Shown: positions 12,623-24,550, counted from the stretch's first letter. The stretch: DNA of 64,000 nt from Sporopachydermia quercuum (GCA_001599295.1 BCGN01000012.1:62001-126000), one strand, 5' to 3'. Notes: generated by a model not told the origin, from the sequence alone. Translations and numbers: made by a program.

Positions 12623-13727
12623 TAGAGATGTGGAGATGTGTTGGCATTGAGTTCAAATACATACTTGAAAGTAGGAAAATGGATATAGGATGATAGGATG
12701 AACGGCTTTGTAATTAATGTTAATAAGTAACTTGACAATGATGTTTGAGTTCAAAATAATCTACATACATGTACGTTTGAAGCCTAATGCAGGAACCTGC
12801 TTTAGGCTTGCAGGGAAGGACTGTTCAGAAAAAATAGATAGGTTATGAAAAGAAGAAAGTAAGGTCTATTTTAAGTGTTATTCCTGGACTATCATTTCTT
12901 CATTTGCATTGAATCTAGAGCTGAAAGGTATAAAATCAAAAGGAAACTAGGGTATATTGATAATAATTGAGTTTCTCCTTGCTTGGTGTCCATAGGTCAA
13001 ATCACAATCAAAACCCAGCATAAGGTTTTCTCTGAATGAACTTAACAACCTCCTAAGCTTGGCTTCTAAACCATCGTTGGTTACAACGGTCTTAGTAATT
13101 TTAAGATCATATAAGTGATGAGGAAACAGGAATACTCTGATTATACGAGGACAGCTAAATATGTTCACTTTTATTTTTTCTTTCATTTAATCTCTGTAGA
13201 TCTTGCTTTTTGTCTTGTTTCATATACTGAATAAGTTCACCTCATCTTGAAACTCTCTTACATATTGTTTGCAGACTGCATTTATATTCTTGCATATTTC
13301 ATCACATAGTAGCCAATACTTCAACATCTAGAATTATTAGTGTCATCTTTCAACCCACTAACAAATTATTCTTAACCATCTCTATCTCTTCATTATAATG
13401 AAAAAGTAAACGCAATAGCAATTAAAATAAACAGTGACCCGCTGTTCTTTATTCTATCTTCAATTGTTCTTCTTCCTTCCCATCTTATGTATAGCCCCCT
13501 CAAACCTATCGAATATGGTACATTGCGTCTCATTTCAATTGCTAATGCTAAAACTTTCTTTATTATGGAACCTACAAAGCTGATTTGTGCCTTCCTCGAT
13601 ACTTATTGCTTTTCTTTCCTCTACTCTTACTAACTAGCAAAAAATACAATCAATTTTTAAGGCATTGATTTGATCTGATTATATGTAATTCTCTCCGAAT
13701 AATCAATCTGAAACTGGGGGACACAGA

Positions 13728-16700
13728 ATGGTAAAAATTCCCGTTGAAACAATCTCTAGGCTGCAAGCGGATCCATCATGTGTTCGCAACATATGCGTAT
13801 TGGCCCATGTAGATCACGGGAAGACTTCATTAACTGATTGTTTATTAAGTAGCAATGGCATCATTTCTCAGAAATTAGCAGGAACTGTAAGATATTTGGA
13901 TTCTCGACCAGATGAGCAGCTCAGAGGAATCACAATGGAATCGTCAGCTATTTCCCTTTACTTTCGAGTACTGAAACGTCAACAGGGTAAAGAGGAACCA
14001 CTGATCAATGAACATTTAATCAATCTGATTGATTCTCCAGGCCATATTGATTTTTCTTATGAAGTATCTGCTGCCTCTAGATTATGTGATGGTTCTATTG
14101 TTTTGGTGGACGTTGTGGAAGGTGTGTGCTCTCAAACGATCACTGTACTAAGGCAGGCTTGGGTAGAGAAAATCAGGCCAATGCTCGTATTGAACAAAAT
14201 TGACAGATTACATTCAGAACTGAAGTTGAGCTCCATAGAAGTTTACCATCATTTGATGCGTGTGATAGAACAAGTGAACTCAGTTCTTGGTTCATTTTTT
14301 GCTGGGGAAAGAATGGAAGATGATTATAAATGGAGAGAAGAATTAGAGAATTTGCATCTAGATGATAGGTCAAAAGCTAATCTTGAATACAAAGAAAAAA
14401 CAGATGATGATTTGTATTTCTCCCCCGAAAAGAATAATGTTGTGTTTGCTAGTGCTGTAGAAGGTTGGGGTTTCAACATAGGTCAATTTGCTGCTATCAT
14501 CGAAAAGAAATCTGGTATGAAACGTGAAGCTCTGAATAAGATATTGTGGGGAGATTATTACTATGATGCCAAGAATAAGAAAGTTCTTACTGCTAAAACA
14601 TTAAGAGGAAGAAATCTGAAACCAATGTTTGTTTCTTTTATTCTTGATAATATTTGGTCTTTATATATTAATGCAGAGGAAAATAATCATGAAAAGTTAG
14701 AAGCAGTAGCTAAATCACTAGAACTAAATATTCCGCCACGTGAATTAAGATCAAAAGACACCCATGTTGTTTTATTGTCTATACTAAGAAAATGGTTACC
14801 GCTATCTTCAGCAGTACTACTTACTGTTATAGAACAATTACCTTCTCCTTTAGAAGCTCAAAAAGTTCGAACACCTATGTTGATAGAGTCTGCTCCTAAT
14901 GGTAACCTGATTGACGAGAAGCTACATGAATCCATGTTATCATGTGATAGTAAGGGACCTATTGGTGCATATGTTTCAAAAATGGTTGCCGTTCCTGTTG
15001 CAGAGTTACCAATAGATGCTCCTTCTCTTACTGAAGAAGAGCTCAGAGAGAAGAATAGACTTGCGAGAATAGCTGCTGTCAAAGCAATACAAGAAGCTGA
15101 AGCTGCTAGGAAACGTGAAGAAGAACGGAAGGCTGATCCATTTTTCTTTGCGGAAGAAGAAGAAGAAACTGACGGAACTTCTGATGAAGATAAAGAAGAT
15201 GCTCCCGAAGAAGAGGTACTTATTGGCTTTACTAGGGTATATTCAGGAACAATTAGAAATGGTGATGAAGTGACAGTGCTACAACCTAAATATGACCCAT
15301 CAAAACCAACAGAGCATGTAACAACGGCCACCATTTCGAAGCTGTACTTGCTCATGGGGAAGGAACTTGTGTCAGTATCTGAAGTTCCTGCTGGAAATAT
15401 CGTTGGTATTGCTGGACTATCAGACGCTCTGGTTAAAAATGGTACTCTTATTCAGCCTGGATGCGTAGGTGTTAATCTTGCAGGTATAAATCTAGATTCC
15501 CCTCCACTTGTAAGAGTTGCAGTAGAATCTGTTGACCCTACAGAGATGGATAAATTAGTTGAAGGTTTAAAGATCTTAAATTACGCTGATCCTTGTGTAG
15601 AGATTTCTTTGCAGGAAACAGGAGAGCATATACTTGCAGCAGCAGGCGAATTACATTTAGAAAGATGTATTAAAGATCTCAAAGATAGATTTGCTCGTAT
15701 TGAAATTCAAGTATCGGAACCTGTAGTTCCATTCAGAGAAACCTTTATCGATACCCCTGACTTACCAGCTCCTAAGAATGCAGCTCTGGGATTGAGTAGA
15801 GGTGTTGATAGAATTAATATAGGTAATAGTGCGAAACTGCAAATACGAGTTGTGCCCTTACCAGAGACGGTCGTGGAATTCCTCACACTGCATGAAAGTT
15901 TAATAAAATCCATCATTGACAAGAAAAACTTGTCTAGTGAAAAGGTTGTTGAGTTTCAAGACAAATTACAATCTTTGCTGAAAGATTTTGAGAGTAAATC
16001 AAGAAAAGCTTGGCCTTTCGAACAAGGAGCAATTGTTGATAGAATAAGTGTATATGGTCCCAAACAAACTGGTGCTAATATCCTTGTTTCTGATGAGAGC
16101 TTCAAATATGCTTCTACTATTCGTAATGCATTTCAATTATCTGTTGGTAAAGGTCCTATTTGTGACGAGCCAGTGCAAGGAATGGCTGTCTTTATTGAAG
16201 AGTTTTCAAAGGAAGATGCTGAAGGTGGAACTACCAACAACGAAGAAGCAAATGCTTTTGAATCATCAGGTGGGGATGTAAGTGGCAGAATCTTATCTGC
16301 TGTTAGAAGTAGTATTAGCAAGGCAATGCAGGATTGGTCTTCTAGAATCATGCTTGCTACATATACTTGTGATATTCAAGCATCTGCTGAAGTTCTTGGT
16401 AAGGTATACGGAGTGGTTACGAAACGCAGGGGAAAAATCATCTCCGAAGAAATGAAAGATGGTACCCCATTTTTTAATATCCATGCAACTATTCCTGTTG
16501 TGGAGGCATTCGGGTTTTCTGACGAGATCAGAAAAAGAACATCTGGAGCTGCCCAACCTCAATTGGTTTTTTCTGGATTTGAAATTCTTGATGAAGATCC
16601 TTATTGGATTCCTACTACTGAAGAAGAGCTTGAAGAACTGGGAGAATTTGCTGAACGAGAGAATATTGCACTGCGATATGTGAACTCTATTAGGAACCGT

Positions 16701-16766
16701 AAGGGTCTATTTGTTGAGCAAAAAGTAGTTGAGAATGCCGAGAAACAGAGAACATTGAAGCATTAG
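13728..16766 (+). CDS. RIA1: Ribosome-maturation GTPase Ria1/Efl1 (EF-2-like)
   Basis: AHVDHGKT, RGITMESS, LIDSPGH, NKIDR; C-terminal EIRKRTSGAAQPQL and AEKQRTLK. Confidence 0.97.
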   Translation: MVKIPVETISRLQADPSCVRNICVLAHVDHGKTSLTDCLLSSNGIISQKLAGTVRYLDSRPDEQLRGITMESSAISLYFRVLKRQQGKEEPLINEHLINLIDSPGHIDFSYEVSAASRLCDGSIVLVDVVEGVCSQTITVLRQAWVEKIRPMLVLNKIDRLHSELKLSSIEVYHHLMRVIEQVNSVLGSFFAGERMEDDYKWREELENLHLDDRSKANLEYKEKTDDDLYFSPEKNNVVFASAVEGWGFNIGQFAAIIEKKSGMKREALNKILWGDYYYDAKNKKVLTAKTLRGRNLKPMFVSFILDNIWSLYINAEENNHEKLEAVAKSLELNIPPRELRSKDTHVVLLSILRKWLPLSSAVLLTVIEQLPSPLEAQKVRTPMLIESAPNGNLIDEKLHESMLSCDSKGPIGAYVSKMVAVPVAELPIDAPSLTEEELREKNRLARIAAVKAIQEAEAARKREEERKADPFFFAEEEEETDGTSDEDKEDAPEEEVLIGFTRVYSGTIRNGDEVTVLQPKYDPSKPTEHVTTATISKLYLLMGKELVSVSEVPAGNIVGIAGLSDALVKNGTLIQPGCVGVNLAGINLDSPPLVRVAVESVDPTEMDKLVEGLKILNYADPCVEISLQETGEHILAAAGELHLERCIKDLKDRFARIEIQVSEPVVPFRETFIDTPDLPAPKNAALGLSRGVDRINIGNSAKLQIRVVPLPETVVEFLTLHESLIKSIIDKKNLSSEKVVEFQDKLQSLLKDFESKSRKAWPFEQGAIVDRISVYGPKQTGANILVSDESFKYASTIRNAFQLSVGKGPICDEPVQGMAVFIEEFSKEDAEGGTTNNEEANAFESSGGDVSGRILSAVRSSISKAMQDWSSRIMLATYTCDIQASAEVLGKVYGVVTKRRGKIISEEMKDGTPFFNIHATIPVVEAFGFSDEIRKRTSGAAQPQLVFSGFEILDEDPYWIPTTEEELEELGEFAERENIALRYVNSIRNRKGLFVEQKVVENAEKQRTLKH

Positions 16767-18181
16767 AAGAATTGGCTTACAAGAGTGGGAAGTGTATATT
16801 AATTAAAGTTGATTAATAGTAAGATAAGGAGGAAATGGTTTTATCTAATGGAGTAGCTTGTAGATAGTTTGTTGGAGGGCTTCATTGAGAATGAAATGTT
16901 CATGTAGTCTGACGACAACAAACAATAAAAATTTATGCAGGGAAATCACTGATATTCATGTATGTAGTTCTTAATTCATAATATTTGATACCTGAAACCC
17001 TGGATCCCTATAAGAACAGTAGAAAGTATCAACAAAAGCATGAAATTCATTATAATTGATGAAATTATTGATCAGTATAAGGTTTCAATATTGCATAATT
17101 CATACAAGGTGATGGCATAATCTCATAATCTCATATGATCGATTACTGTTGATTATGCAGCTCTTAACCTCTGAGAAACTCTCGACTAATATAAATTTAA
17201 CACCCATCTAATGTGAAATCATTAGTAACTCTGTTCCCAAATTTTTAACCTCAATTCATGCCTGATTTTAGTCATAATTCACCAGCTATAACATATTCAA
17301 TTTCTTTGCGAGCATCTCATGCGCAATTCTGCACTAATGCTACCTATGTAACGCTATTTGCTCTTTTCTCTTGCAACTGGCTTTTCTTGCTACTAGACTT
17401 ACTTGCATTAGACACTTTCTACTTTTTTCTCACTTCAGAACTTTCCAATAAAAAAATCCTCATAAACCAATCATACGCTCTCAATCTCTCTTTCTATTCA
17501 ATCCCACGTTCTCACCGTTTTCTCATCGTATTCAAATCATTCAAGTACCAAATTCACATCTCATCTCATAATCTAAACCTAAAACCGAGTCACATGAATC
17601 TGGAACCCAAGCCAAGTTATAAGGTGGAAGTTATCGAAACAGGCAAGAAAAAGAAATAAATGATTGATTGATCGCTAGGAATGATCGAGAGTTGATGATA
17701 TTGATAGCATATTGCTGAGGTAGCTATAAAGGCATAACTGGCTTATATTTTCTAAAAGCAATTGGTAGTTATTTCAGTTGATTATTAGGGCATTTCTAGT
17801 AGTTATATTGAGCGTATGTTGCATGTGGTGTATGAACATAGAGAGTAAGCTGTTCTATTGAGAAGATAGGTGGTACTGACCTAGCATCAGGTAGGAGTGA
17901 TAGGATAAAATAGCCAACCAATTATTACTTTCTATCATTCCTCAGGCCACAAAAATTGGAATTTCTGTCAGATATTGCAATTTTTCTTTATCTAGTTAAG
18001 TATAATACCAACAGAGTATCGTGCAATATTCACGTTCCCCTCCATTCGAATTGTCAAATCTCGATACTTTTACAAAACTTCACACATTTCCCGATTTTGG
18101 AAGCGAAGAATCATATTTAACAGTAACTACATAACGGAACCTCAAGCCTTTTGTCCCAAAAGGTGATAAAGAAGACAGAAA

Positions 18182-19477
18182 ATGGGAGCGATCAAACAAG
18201 ATACGAAAACCAGGAATTCTCTCCCTGTGAGTTTATTTAACCCTCATAGCAGACAGATCAGACATCTATCAAAGAAATACATTGAGAAGTATCCATGGCT
18301 TGAAAACGAAAGCACTTTTAAGTTCACGCCATTTGATTCAAGTATAGTTGAAAACAGACCTTATATCACCGTTGAGGATTATTCCAATGACGATATTGAT
18401 GATGACGATGAACAATCCTTAATGGATCGTTATAATTGTCATCATCACGATGGTCATGAGGAAGAGATTGATGAAAGTATAATTGTAGATCTTGTACTTG
18501 GTAAGAAAAGAAAGCATGTTTTTGCTGCAAGAGATTTTACTGATTGTTATATACAATATTCAAAGCATGAATTATTCACACCAGCTTATAAGTCAGATAA
18601 CAGGATAAACGGCGAATATGAAGGAAGTAAAGAATTTAATGAAACAGCCATTACGAAATCAACAAATGGGATAAAAGATAACAGAAATATATTTGATTAT
18701 CAGAACGCAATATTAGCAGAAAATGGCGTTGTTGAAGGTGAACTTCATCCTACTTTTGATTTGTCAAACATTCCAAAGTCAATACTATCATTAAATGGTT
18801 CGAAGTATATGAAGGATCAGGTGATTAGAAGAAGACCACAACCTCAGTCAAAAGCAGGTCTTGAAATCTACAATAATCTATGGAATAATGGGAAGTCTTT
18901 TTTTCGGAATGCCAATGAAAGTGCAATGTCAATGGGGCCAATATCTTTTGAAGAGAATACAACAAGTGAAGTAGGAGAAAATAATGAGAGTAAGAAGAAA
19001 CCAGCTGGTGTTAAGAAGACATCTAATAGTAAGAAGGAAAGCAGGAAAAAATCGTTCAAGAAACCTGAAGGTGTTTCAGATTGGTGGTTATGTCCTCTGT
19101 GTGAGTATGAAATGTATTTTGGAGTGCCACCTGTTAATATGATCAAATGGTATGAAAGAGAAGAGAAAAGAAAGCAAATCGAACGTCGGCACTTATTAGA
19201 GAAGCTGAAAAGAAAAGCAAGACGAGGAGGAGCCACAAGAGGATTAACAAGAGGAGGATCAGAAGGTCCAGGTTTTGCAGGAGACATGCGAGGATTAGGT
19301 AGAAATCATACTGATTCTGATAATGATCAACATTGCAAGAGTGTCGGTGTAAATATAGTAAAACCTCATAATGATCAACTAGATGTTAACTCCGAATATC
19401 ATGAAGAATGCAGCTGTGGTAGTTCTAACCAGCAAAGTCTTCCAGATGGCTACCAAAATTCTGTCAAGAGAAACTGA
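18182..19477 (+). CDS. Ibd2-like protein
   Basis: 431-aa ORF. The motif CPLCEYEMYFGVPPVNMIKWY resembles the Ibd2 C-terminal motif and is followed by a basic helix (RRHLLEKLKRKARRG). Confidence 0.6.
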   Translation: MGAIKQDTKTRNSLPVSLFNPHSRQIRHLSKKYIEKYPWLENESTFKFTPFDSSIVENRPYITVEDYSNDDIDDDDEQSLMDRYNCHHHDGHEEEIDESIIVDLVLGKKRKHVFAARDFTDCYIQYSKHELFTPAYKSDNRINGEYEGSKEFNETAITKSTNGIKDNRNIFDYQNAILAENGVVEGELHPTFDLSNIPKSILSLNGSKYMKDQVIRRRPQPQSKAGLEIYNNLWNNGKSFFRNANESAMSMGPISFEENTTSEVGENNESKKKPAGVKKTSNSKKESRKKSFKKPEGVSDWWLCPLCEYEMYFGVPPVNMIKWYEREEKRKQIERRHLLEKLKRKARRGGATRGLTRGGSEGPGFAGDMRGLGRNHTDSDNDQHCKSVGVNIVKPHNDQLDVNSEYHEECSCGSSNQQSLPDGYQNSVKRN

Positions 19478-20580
19478 AGCAAAAAATAAGAAACCAAGCT
19501 GATGGTAGTTGGTAAATTTAAAATTACGCTCATCAACCACCGCCAAATAATGAGACATGCATAGTATCATAAATAAACGGCATAGATACTATTCAAAATG
19601 AAAGAAAAGACCAACTTTTTTGTTATTGATTTCATGAATGATTCGACAAAGGATCAGCTCATTTCAATGTTTAATTAATTATTTCAATGCATGCATAAAA
19701 CATCTAACATCCATATATAGGTAGATGGATAATAAATGAGGTGAAAGAGATAGACCCTTGAGCAACATAGGAAGATATTCTCAAGGGTCTTGTCATGACT
19801 TTTGTAAGTGAATTGTCATGACACATGGGGCTCACGTGCTTAGTGTGGTTGCGCTAGTGCAGCATGTACAAGGGAGTTAGGAGTAGCTAACTGCTGAATT
19901 GAAGGATGGTACTGGATCCCAATTGAAAAATGTTTAGTGATAATGAGGGAAAGTAACAAAGTACAGAATCGAATGATTATGCTACAAAGGTATCAATCAC
20001 CTGGGATAGTTATAAGAGTGTATGTATGGGACACAGTTAAGCATGACGGGTAATGCAAGTTATATGTCAAACCCAGCACTGACTTCACTACTGTTTGATT
20101 ATGTAGATGCAAATAATGAATTCAGTTACATATAATAGACTACATTCAGTACCCTATACGAGAAACTTGCTATTTAACCACTTTATCATTCACAAGGGAT
20201 GTCTTCTCCTTGGTGGAGGGAGCCTAAAGATAGAACGTCTTGGCCTTTGGGAATTTTTCGTGTGTCAATGCACAAGGATGCAGAGTTACTGCTTTTCTTT
20301 TTTCATTCTAAGGAATATTCTGCCTACGAAACCAAGGTTAGGTTTCTTACGTAAGCTCTTAGTGTAAAAAAAAAGATCAACTAGATCTCAACTACATGTG
20401 CATTTATTATTGCTATAGACATATTTAGTATACTGGACAAGTAAAAAAACGGTCTAGTTTCTACCAATAAAAGCATCTCAGCAGCTCTACTTCATTTCAA
20501 CTTCATTTTCCTTCTCGTGCAAACCTCAGATCGCTGAACTTGAAATTGGTATTAAAGTTTGCTTGCTTGGATCAATTATC

Positions 20581-20752
20581 ATGCGCCTTCTCTGCAATGC
20601 ATCTGCACTCTCCTGTAAGTTTCTGTAAGATATCTTGAGCGTCAATTGCTAACTTGGGCTCTTTTCCCCGTTTATCCTATGCCATAGCAACTATCACCAC
20701 TTCCCGCATTCCTCACTACAGGATAAAGAGCTCATCGGGGCTATTCAATTAA
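20581..20752 (+). CDS. Putative spliced uORF (32 aa) in the MAF1 leader
   Basis: Exons 20581-20614 and 20688-20752. Intron 20615-20687 has GTAAGT, TGCTAAC (20647-20653), a pyrimidine tract and TAG. Product: MRLLCNASALSSTITTSRIPHYRIKSSSGLFN, ending in TAA TAA. Confidence 0.55.
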
Positions 20753-20872
20753 TAACGAGTTATTTATGAAATGAGATTCTTTTTACTCCTGCAATAGATA
20801 ATCAACTACATATTAACAGAAACACGGAAAGTACTCTATTATATTGAATTATAACAAGCGTTTATTCTCATC

Positions 20873-22494
20873 ATGAAGGTAAGTACAATAGTGTTTTGTA
20901 ACAGTGACGATAAGCATATCAATGGTACATATCATTTCAAGGTCTACCGTGAAATCGGTCCATTTTTTCACCATAATAATTAACCATCAAATATTTCTCA
21001 TTCTAGTTTCTAGACGAGATAGGTTTGGAGAGAATAACTCAACTACTGAAAGTTGATGCTAATGATTGTCACATTAATGGAGGTATAGACGTTTACTCAA
21101 CAAAGGCGGCTGGGTCCGATAAAAAGCTGTACAGAACAATCGACAAACATTTTGATTCTCTATTATTACAAGAAGAGTCAATAAACGCTTTCACGGGAGG
21201 TCCACTTGTAGCAACACAGAAGAATGACAATGGTGATACCAGTTCGAGAAATAGCAATACCAATGACAGTACGAAACCTCAGCTGAACAACGAGTTTGCT
21301 GAAGCTATGTCAATAAGTCCAACACACAATTTTCTCTCCTCTCCACTTACCTCAGGATCGGCTGCAGTTTCAGCAAGAACAAAATCTGTCCCCGTGAAAG
21401 GACCAAGAAGAAGTTCTCATTCAGAGTATCATTCTTCGTCTTTGAAGAATACTCCTTTCCTAAAAACGATATCTCAATCGTTAGGCACTTATCAATCATC
21501 AACCATGAATAAAGCCAAATCATTGGAAAACCAGTCTAATATGTTAAAAATGAAGCCATCAATACTAGGAAGTAACTCAGTAAGCGAATCGTCTACCGAC
21601 CAAGAACAGCAACAACAGCGTCGAAATAGCAAAACCCAATATTCGCCTAGTTCTCCTTTTGGTCCTTTAAATTCAACAAAAAGCAGGAAAACATTTGCCT
21701 ATCTTATAGCTATACTAAACGCTACACATCCGGATCATGATTTTAGTTCGTTAACCCCTTCGGATTTCAAAAGATTGCCTTCTCCCTCAGTGATGATAAA
21801 TGAGTTTAGTAACACGCTATTAGGTTTAGGCACCGTGAGACTAAGAAGCGGTGGAGGATCTGATTCAATGTTTCAATTTGATAAATACAAGCTTGACTGG
21901 ATATGGGAAACCATTGATCAGCATATTGATTTGAAGAGTGAAGAAGCAGTAGTTTATTTATATGAACCATCACCAGATTTTATTGATGACGTGCCTGGCT
22001 TAATATGGTCTCAGACTTGGTTTATTGTCAATAAGAAGAAAAAAAGAGTGGGGTATTTATATCTAGAAGGACATAGGTATAAAGATGGTAGAAGAGGTAG
22101 TAGAAGTCGGAATAGCCATTCTGGTATATTTGGTAACAATAATAACAAGTTGTTCGATTCAGGAATAGCTAATAGCTCTGTTGATAATGGTCTTAACCGT
22201 TATAACTATGCAACGGGTGATGATGCTAGCAATTATGATACTGGTAATAGTGTTGGTGAAATCAATACGTATATGAATCATAGACCGTCAATCAGCTATG
22301 TGCCAAGCTTCTCTACAAGATCGAATGAGAACGTGATATATGATGATGACAATAACGGTGAGGGGGAATATGATTTGACCATGAGTACTGATGATGAATT
22401 AGATGATGATGATTTGACTACTGCTATAGATATTGATGATGACGATGATGCCTTTAATGATGATGATGTCGTTGGTGATATGGAAATGATGTGA
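20873..22494 (+). CDS. MAF1: RNA polymerase III repressor Maf1, 2 exons, about 497 aa
   Basis: Micro-exon ATGAAG 20873-20878; intron 20879-21006 (GTAAGT...AATTAAC...TAG); exon 2 starts at 21007, giving MK|FLDEIGLERI. Motifs YSTKAAGSDKKLY, SPFGPL, FAYLIAILNATHPDHDFS, NKKKKRV. Confidence 0.95.
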
Positions 22495-22792
22495 TTGAGG
22501 TTGCCAACAAAGTAGTTAGTTCGTCTAGAAGAATGTATAGTATTTGTTCGCTGTAAATTATGAATCTCTTTTCAACGAATTGTTCTGTTCTAATATAAAC
22601 AAGCACGTATGTTCCTTTCTCCTGGTTATNAATTTCATAGATATTGGTATTCAGCATTGGCCTATGTTGAATCGACTAAATATCATATAACTCCATCAAC
22701 ATTAGTTTCTCATTTGGAATTCGTTACAATTGCACACCATTTGTCTATTATCAGTCTAATGTATTCAAGTATTAATTGAATCTCTTATAACC

Positions 22793-24385
22793 TTATTCAA
22801 CTGCATGCAAACCATCGGTGTTTATAATATATTCGACTGTTCGACCTTCCTTGGCAAAAGGGCAAAATAAAACCTTCAATTCACGTTTGGATCTCATTCG
22901 AAACATTTCATCAACTTGGGCTTCAAAGTCTTCACGAGTATGACCAGTTTCATAGTAATCAGGATCGTTTGGATCCATAACTAACTTAGCTTTCTTTCTA
23001 CTATTTACTCTAGTTAACAAAATTCTTGTTGATATCAAATTACTCCAAATGAGTCCTAAAGTTGGTATTTTTAATGAAAAGTTTAGTTCATTCCTAGTAT
23101 CAAGTACTTTTCTTTTCCTTGTTTCATGATTGCTAATAAATTCAATTGTCGAGAAATCATTCGTGGTATCATCAGAGGTTAGACCGCTTGTTCTGTTTGC
23201 AGATAAAGCTGTATCTGTCTTCCCTCCTTCAGTAGATTGTTGATCGAAAATACTCCAATCAATAGGAGCAGCTTTGAAATCCTTCCGATATTTTGATTGT
23301 ATAGCAAGTATTTGTTTCTCCTTCCAACCGGAGAACCATCCAAGCTGTACATTGAATCTCATTGCATTATCCCATTGCAATCTCTGTGTTTGACTATTAG
23401 TACTTTGTTGAGACAAGGGTGCTACTCCACATCTATTAGCAAGGTCAGATTCAATTTCATCAGCTTTATTTCCAGACGTTCCTTTTGGGCCTTTCCCATT
23501 ATTCAGATCAGTGTTTATTGTTTGCACTGGAGGATGGAAATATAGAGGTAAATCGCTCACTTGGTTGCTGACCACTATAGCTAAACCAAACTCTTGTGCT
23601 AGCTTATAAAGATGCGAAGCCACTCGTATTAATTCCAATGATCTATTATTCCTTTTCTCCCAATTGTTCATTTCAAATTCTGCACGATAGTGTGAAGAGA
23701 TACTATCAATTATAATCACACCCGCATTATACTTTTTGATAGCGAAAGGTAGTTGATACTGTATCACATGATCTTGAGACTCATGGTCGCTACATTTGAT
23801 ACAGAAAACACGTTCAAGAGACACTTTAGGATCGACTGTTTGATACTTTTGAGCTAATTCAATAATTCGACGTGTTTCTAAACCTGCCTCAGTTGATATA
23901 TAGATGGCATTCTTGCCCAGTCCGCCAAATTCAGGATCCAGTTGAACAGTGACAGTTAATTGCATGAGAAAATGTGATTTCCCCGTAGCACTTTCACCTG
24001 TTATTTCGGTGATATCGCCAACTCTTATACCACCACCAATTATATCATCAATTTTGGAATCGCCTGTTGTGAAAAGATTCATTGTAACGTCATGATCGTC
24101 TTGTGACTCATTGGGTTCTTTCTCACTATTACTGATCCTCTTCACAATATCAGCTCCTGACGCTGATCTGCTATTAATTGATTGCTGAAATTCATGAGTA
24201 ACCATATGAAGAAATTCACGGACTTCATTGATACTTCTTTTGCATCTCTGCGATATCTGCAAAGGTGTAAGAAGTAGGAGATCTACAGTTGTTATGTTCG
24301 CTTTAGCTAATGCAGCGATCAAATTACTGTATTCTTCATTGTAAGGAATTGAGGACACCTCGGACAAACTCTTATGTAAATCCAT
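22793..24385 (-). CDS. RAD57: Rad51 paralog Rad57 (XRCC3-like)
   Basis: FTTGD...GGGI, Walker A GESATGKS, GGLGKNAIYISTE, Walker B IIIDS, IVVSNQV, PTLGLIWSN. Confidence 0.93.
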   Translation of the reverse strand: MDLHKSLSEVSSIPYNEEYSNLIAALAKANITTVDLLLLTPLQISQRCKRSINEVREFLHMVTHEFQQSINSRSASGADIVKRISNSEKEPNESQDDHDVTMNLFTTGDSKIDDIIGGGIRVGDITEITGESATGKSHFLMQLTVTVQLDPEFGGLGKNAIYISTEAGLETRRIIELAQKYQTVDPKVSLERVFCIKCSDHESQDHVIQYQLPFAIKKYNAGVIIIDSISSHYRAEFEMNNWEKRNNRSLELIRVASHLYKLAQEFGLAIVVSNQVSDLPLYFHPPVQTINTDLNNGKGPKGTSGNKADEIESDLANRCGVAPLSQQSTNSQTQRLQWDNAMRFNVQLGWFSGWKEKQILAIQSKYRKDFKAAPIDWSIFDQQSTEGGKTDTALSANRTSGLTSDDTTNDFSTIEFISNHETRKRKVLDTRNELNFSLKIPTLGLIWSNLISTRILLTRVNSRKKAKLVMDPNDPDYYETGHTREDFEAQVDEMFRMRSKRELKVLFCPFAKEGRTVEYIINTDGLHAVE

Positions 24386-24550
24386 TGCCTGTCATATGCG
24401 TTCTATATCATTTTGATTAATTCTCTCGATGCACATTTATACTGAGTAGTTGGTATTCATTGACTATCACTTGGTGAATAGTACCTATTGTTCAGTAGTT
24501 ATAAAGAATTAGATAAATAGTACACTTGATCGCAATACATAATGTTTAAA

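Noticed and set aside
12947..13330. Short minus-strand ORF fragments between CHS7 and RIA1
   Set aside because: No recognisable motif, and no consistent splice path joins them.
13628..13661. Isolated TACTAAC motifs (also about 33807, 51301, 60300) as introns
   Set aside because: No convincing donor at a suitable distance.
14020..14045. Alternative yeast genetic code (CUG-Ser/Ala)
   Set aside because: CTG encodes the conserved Leu in EFL1 INLIDSPGH, which supports the standard code (limited sample).
17258..17659. 133-aa ORF upstream of the Ibd2-like gene
   Set aside because: Composition resembles pyrimidine-rich promoter DNA; no recognisable homology.
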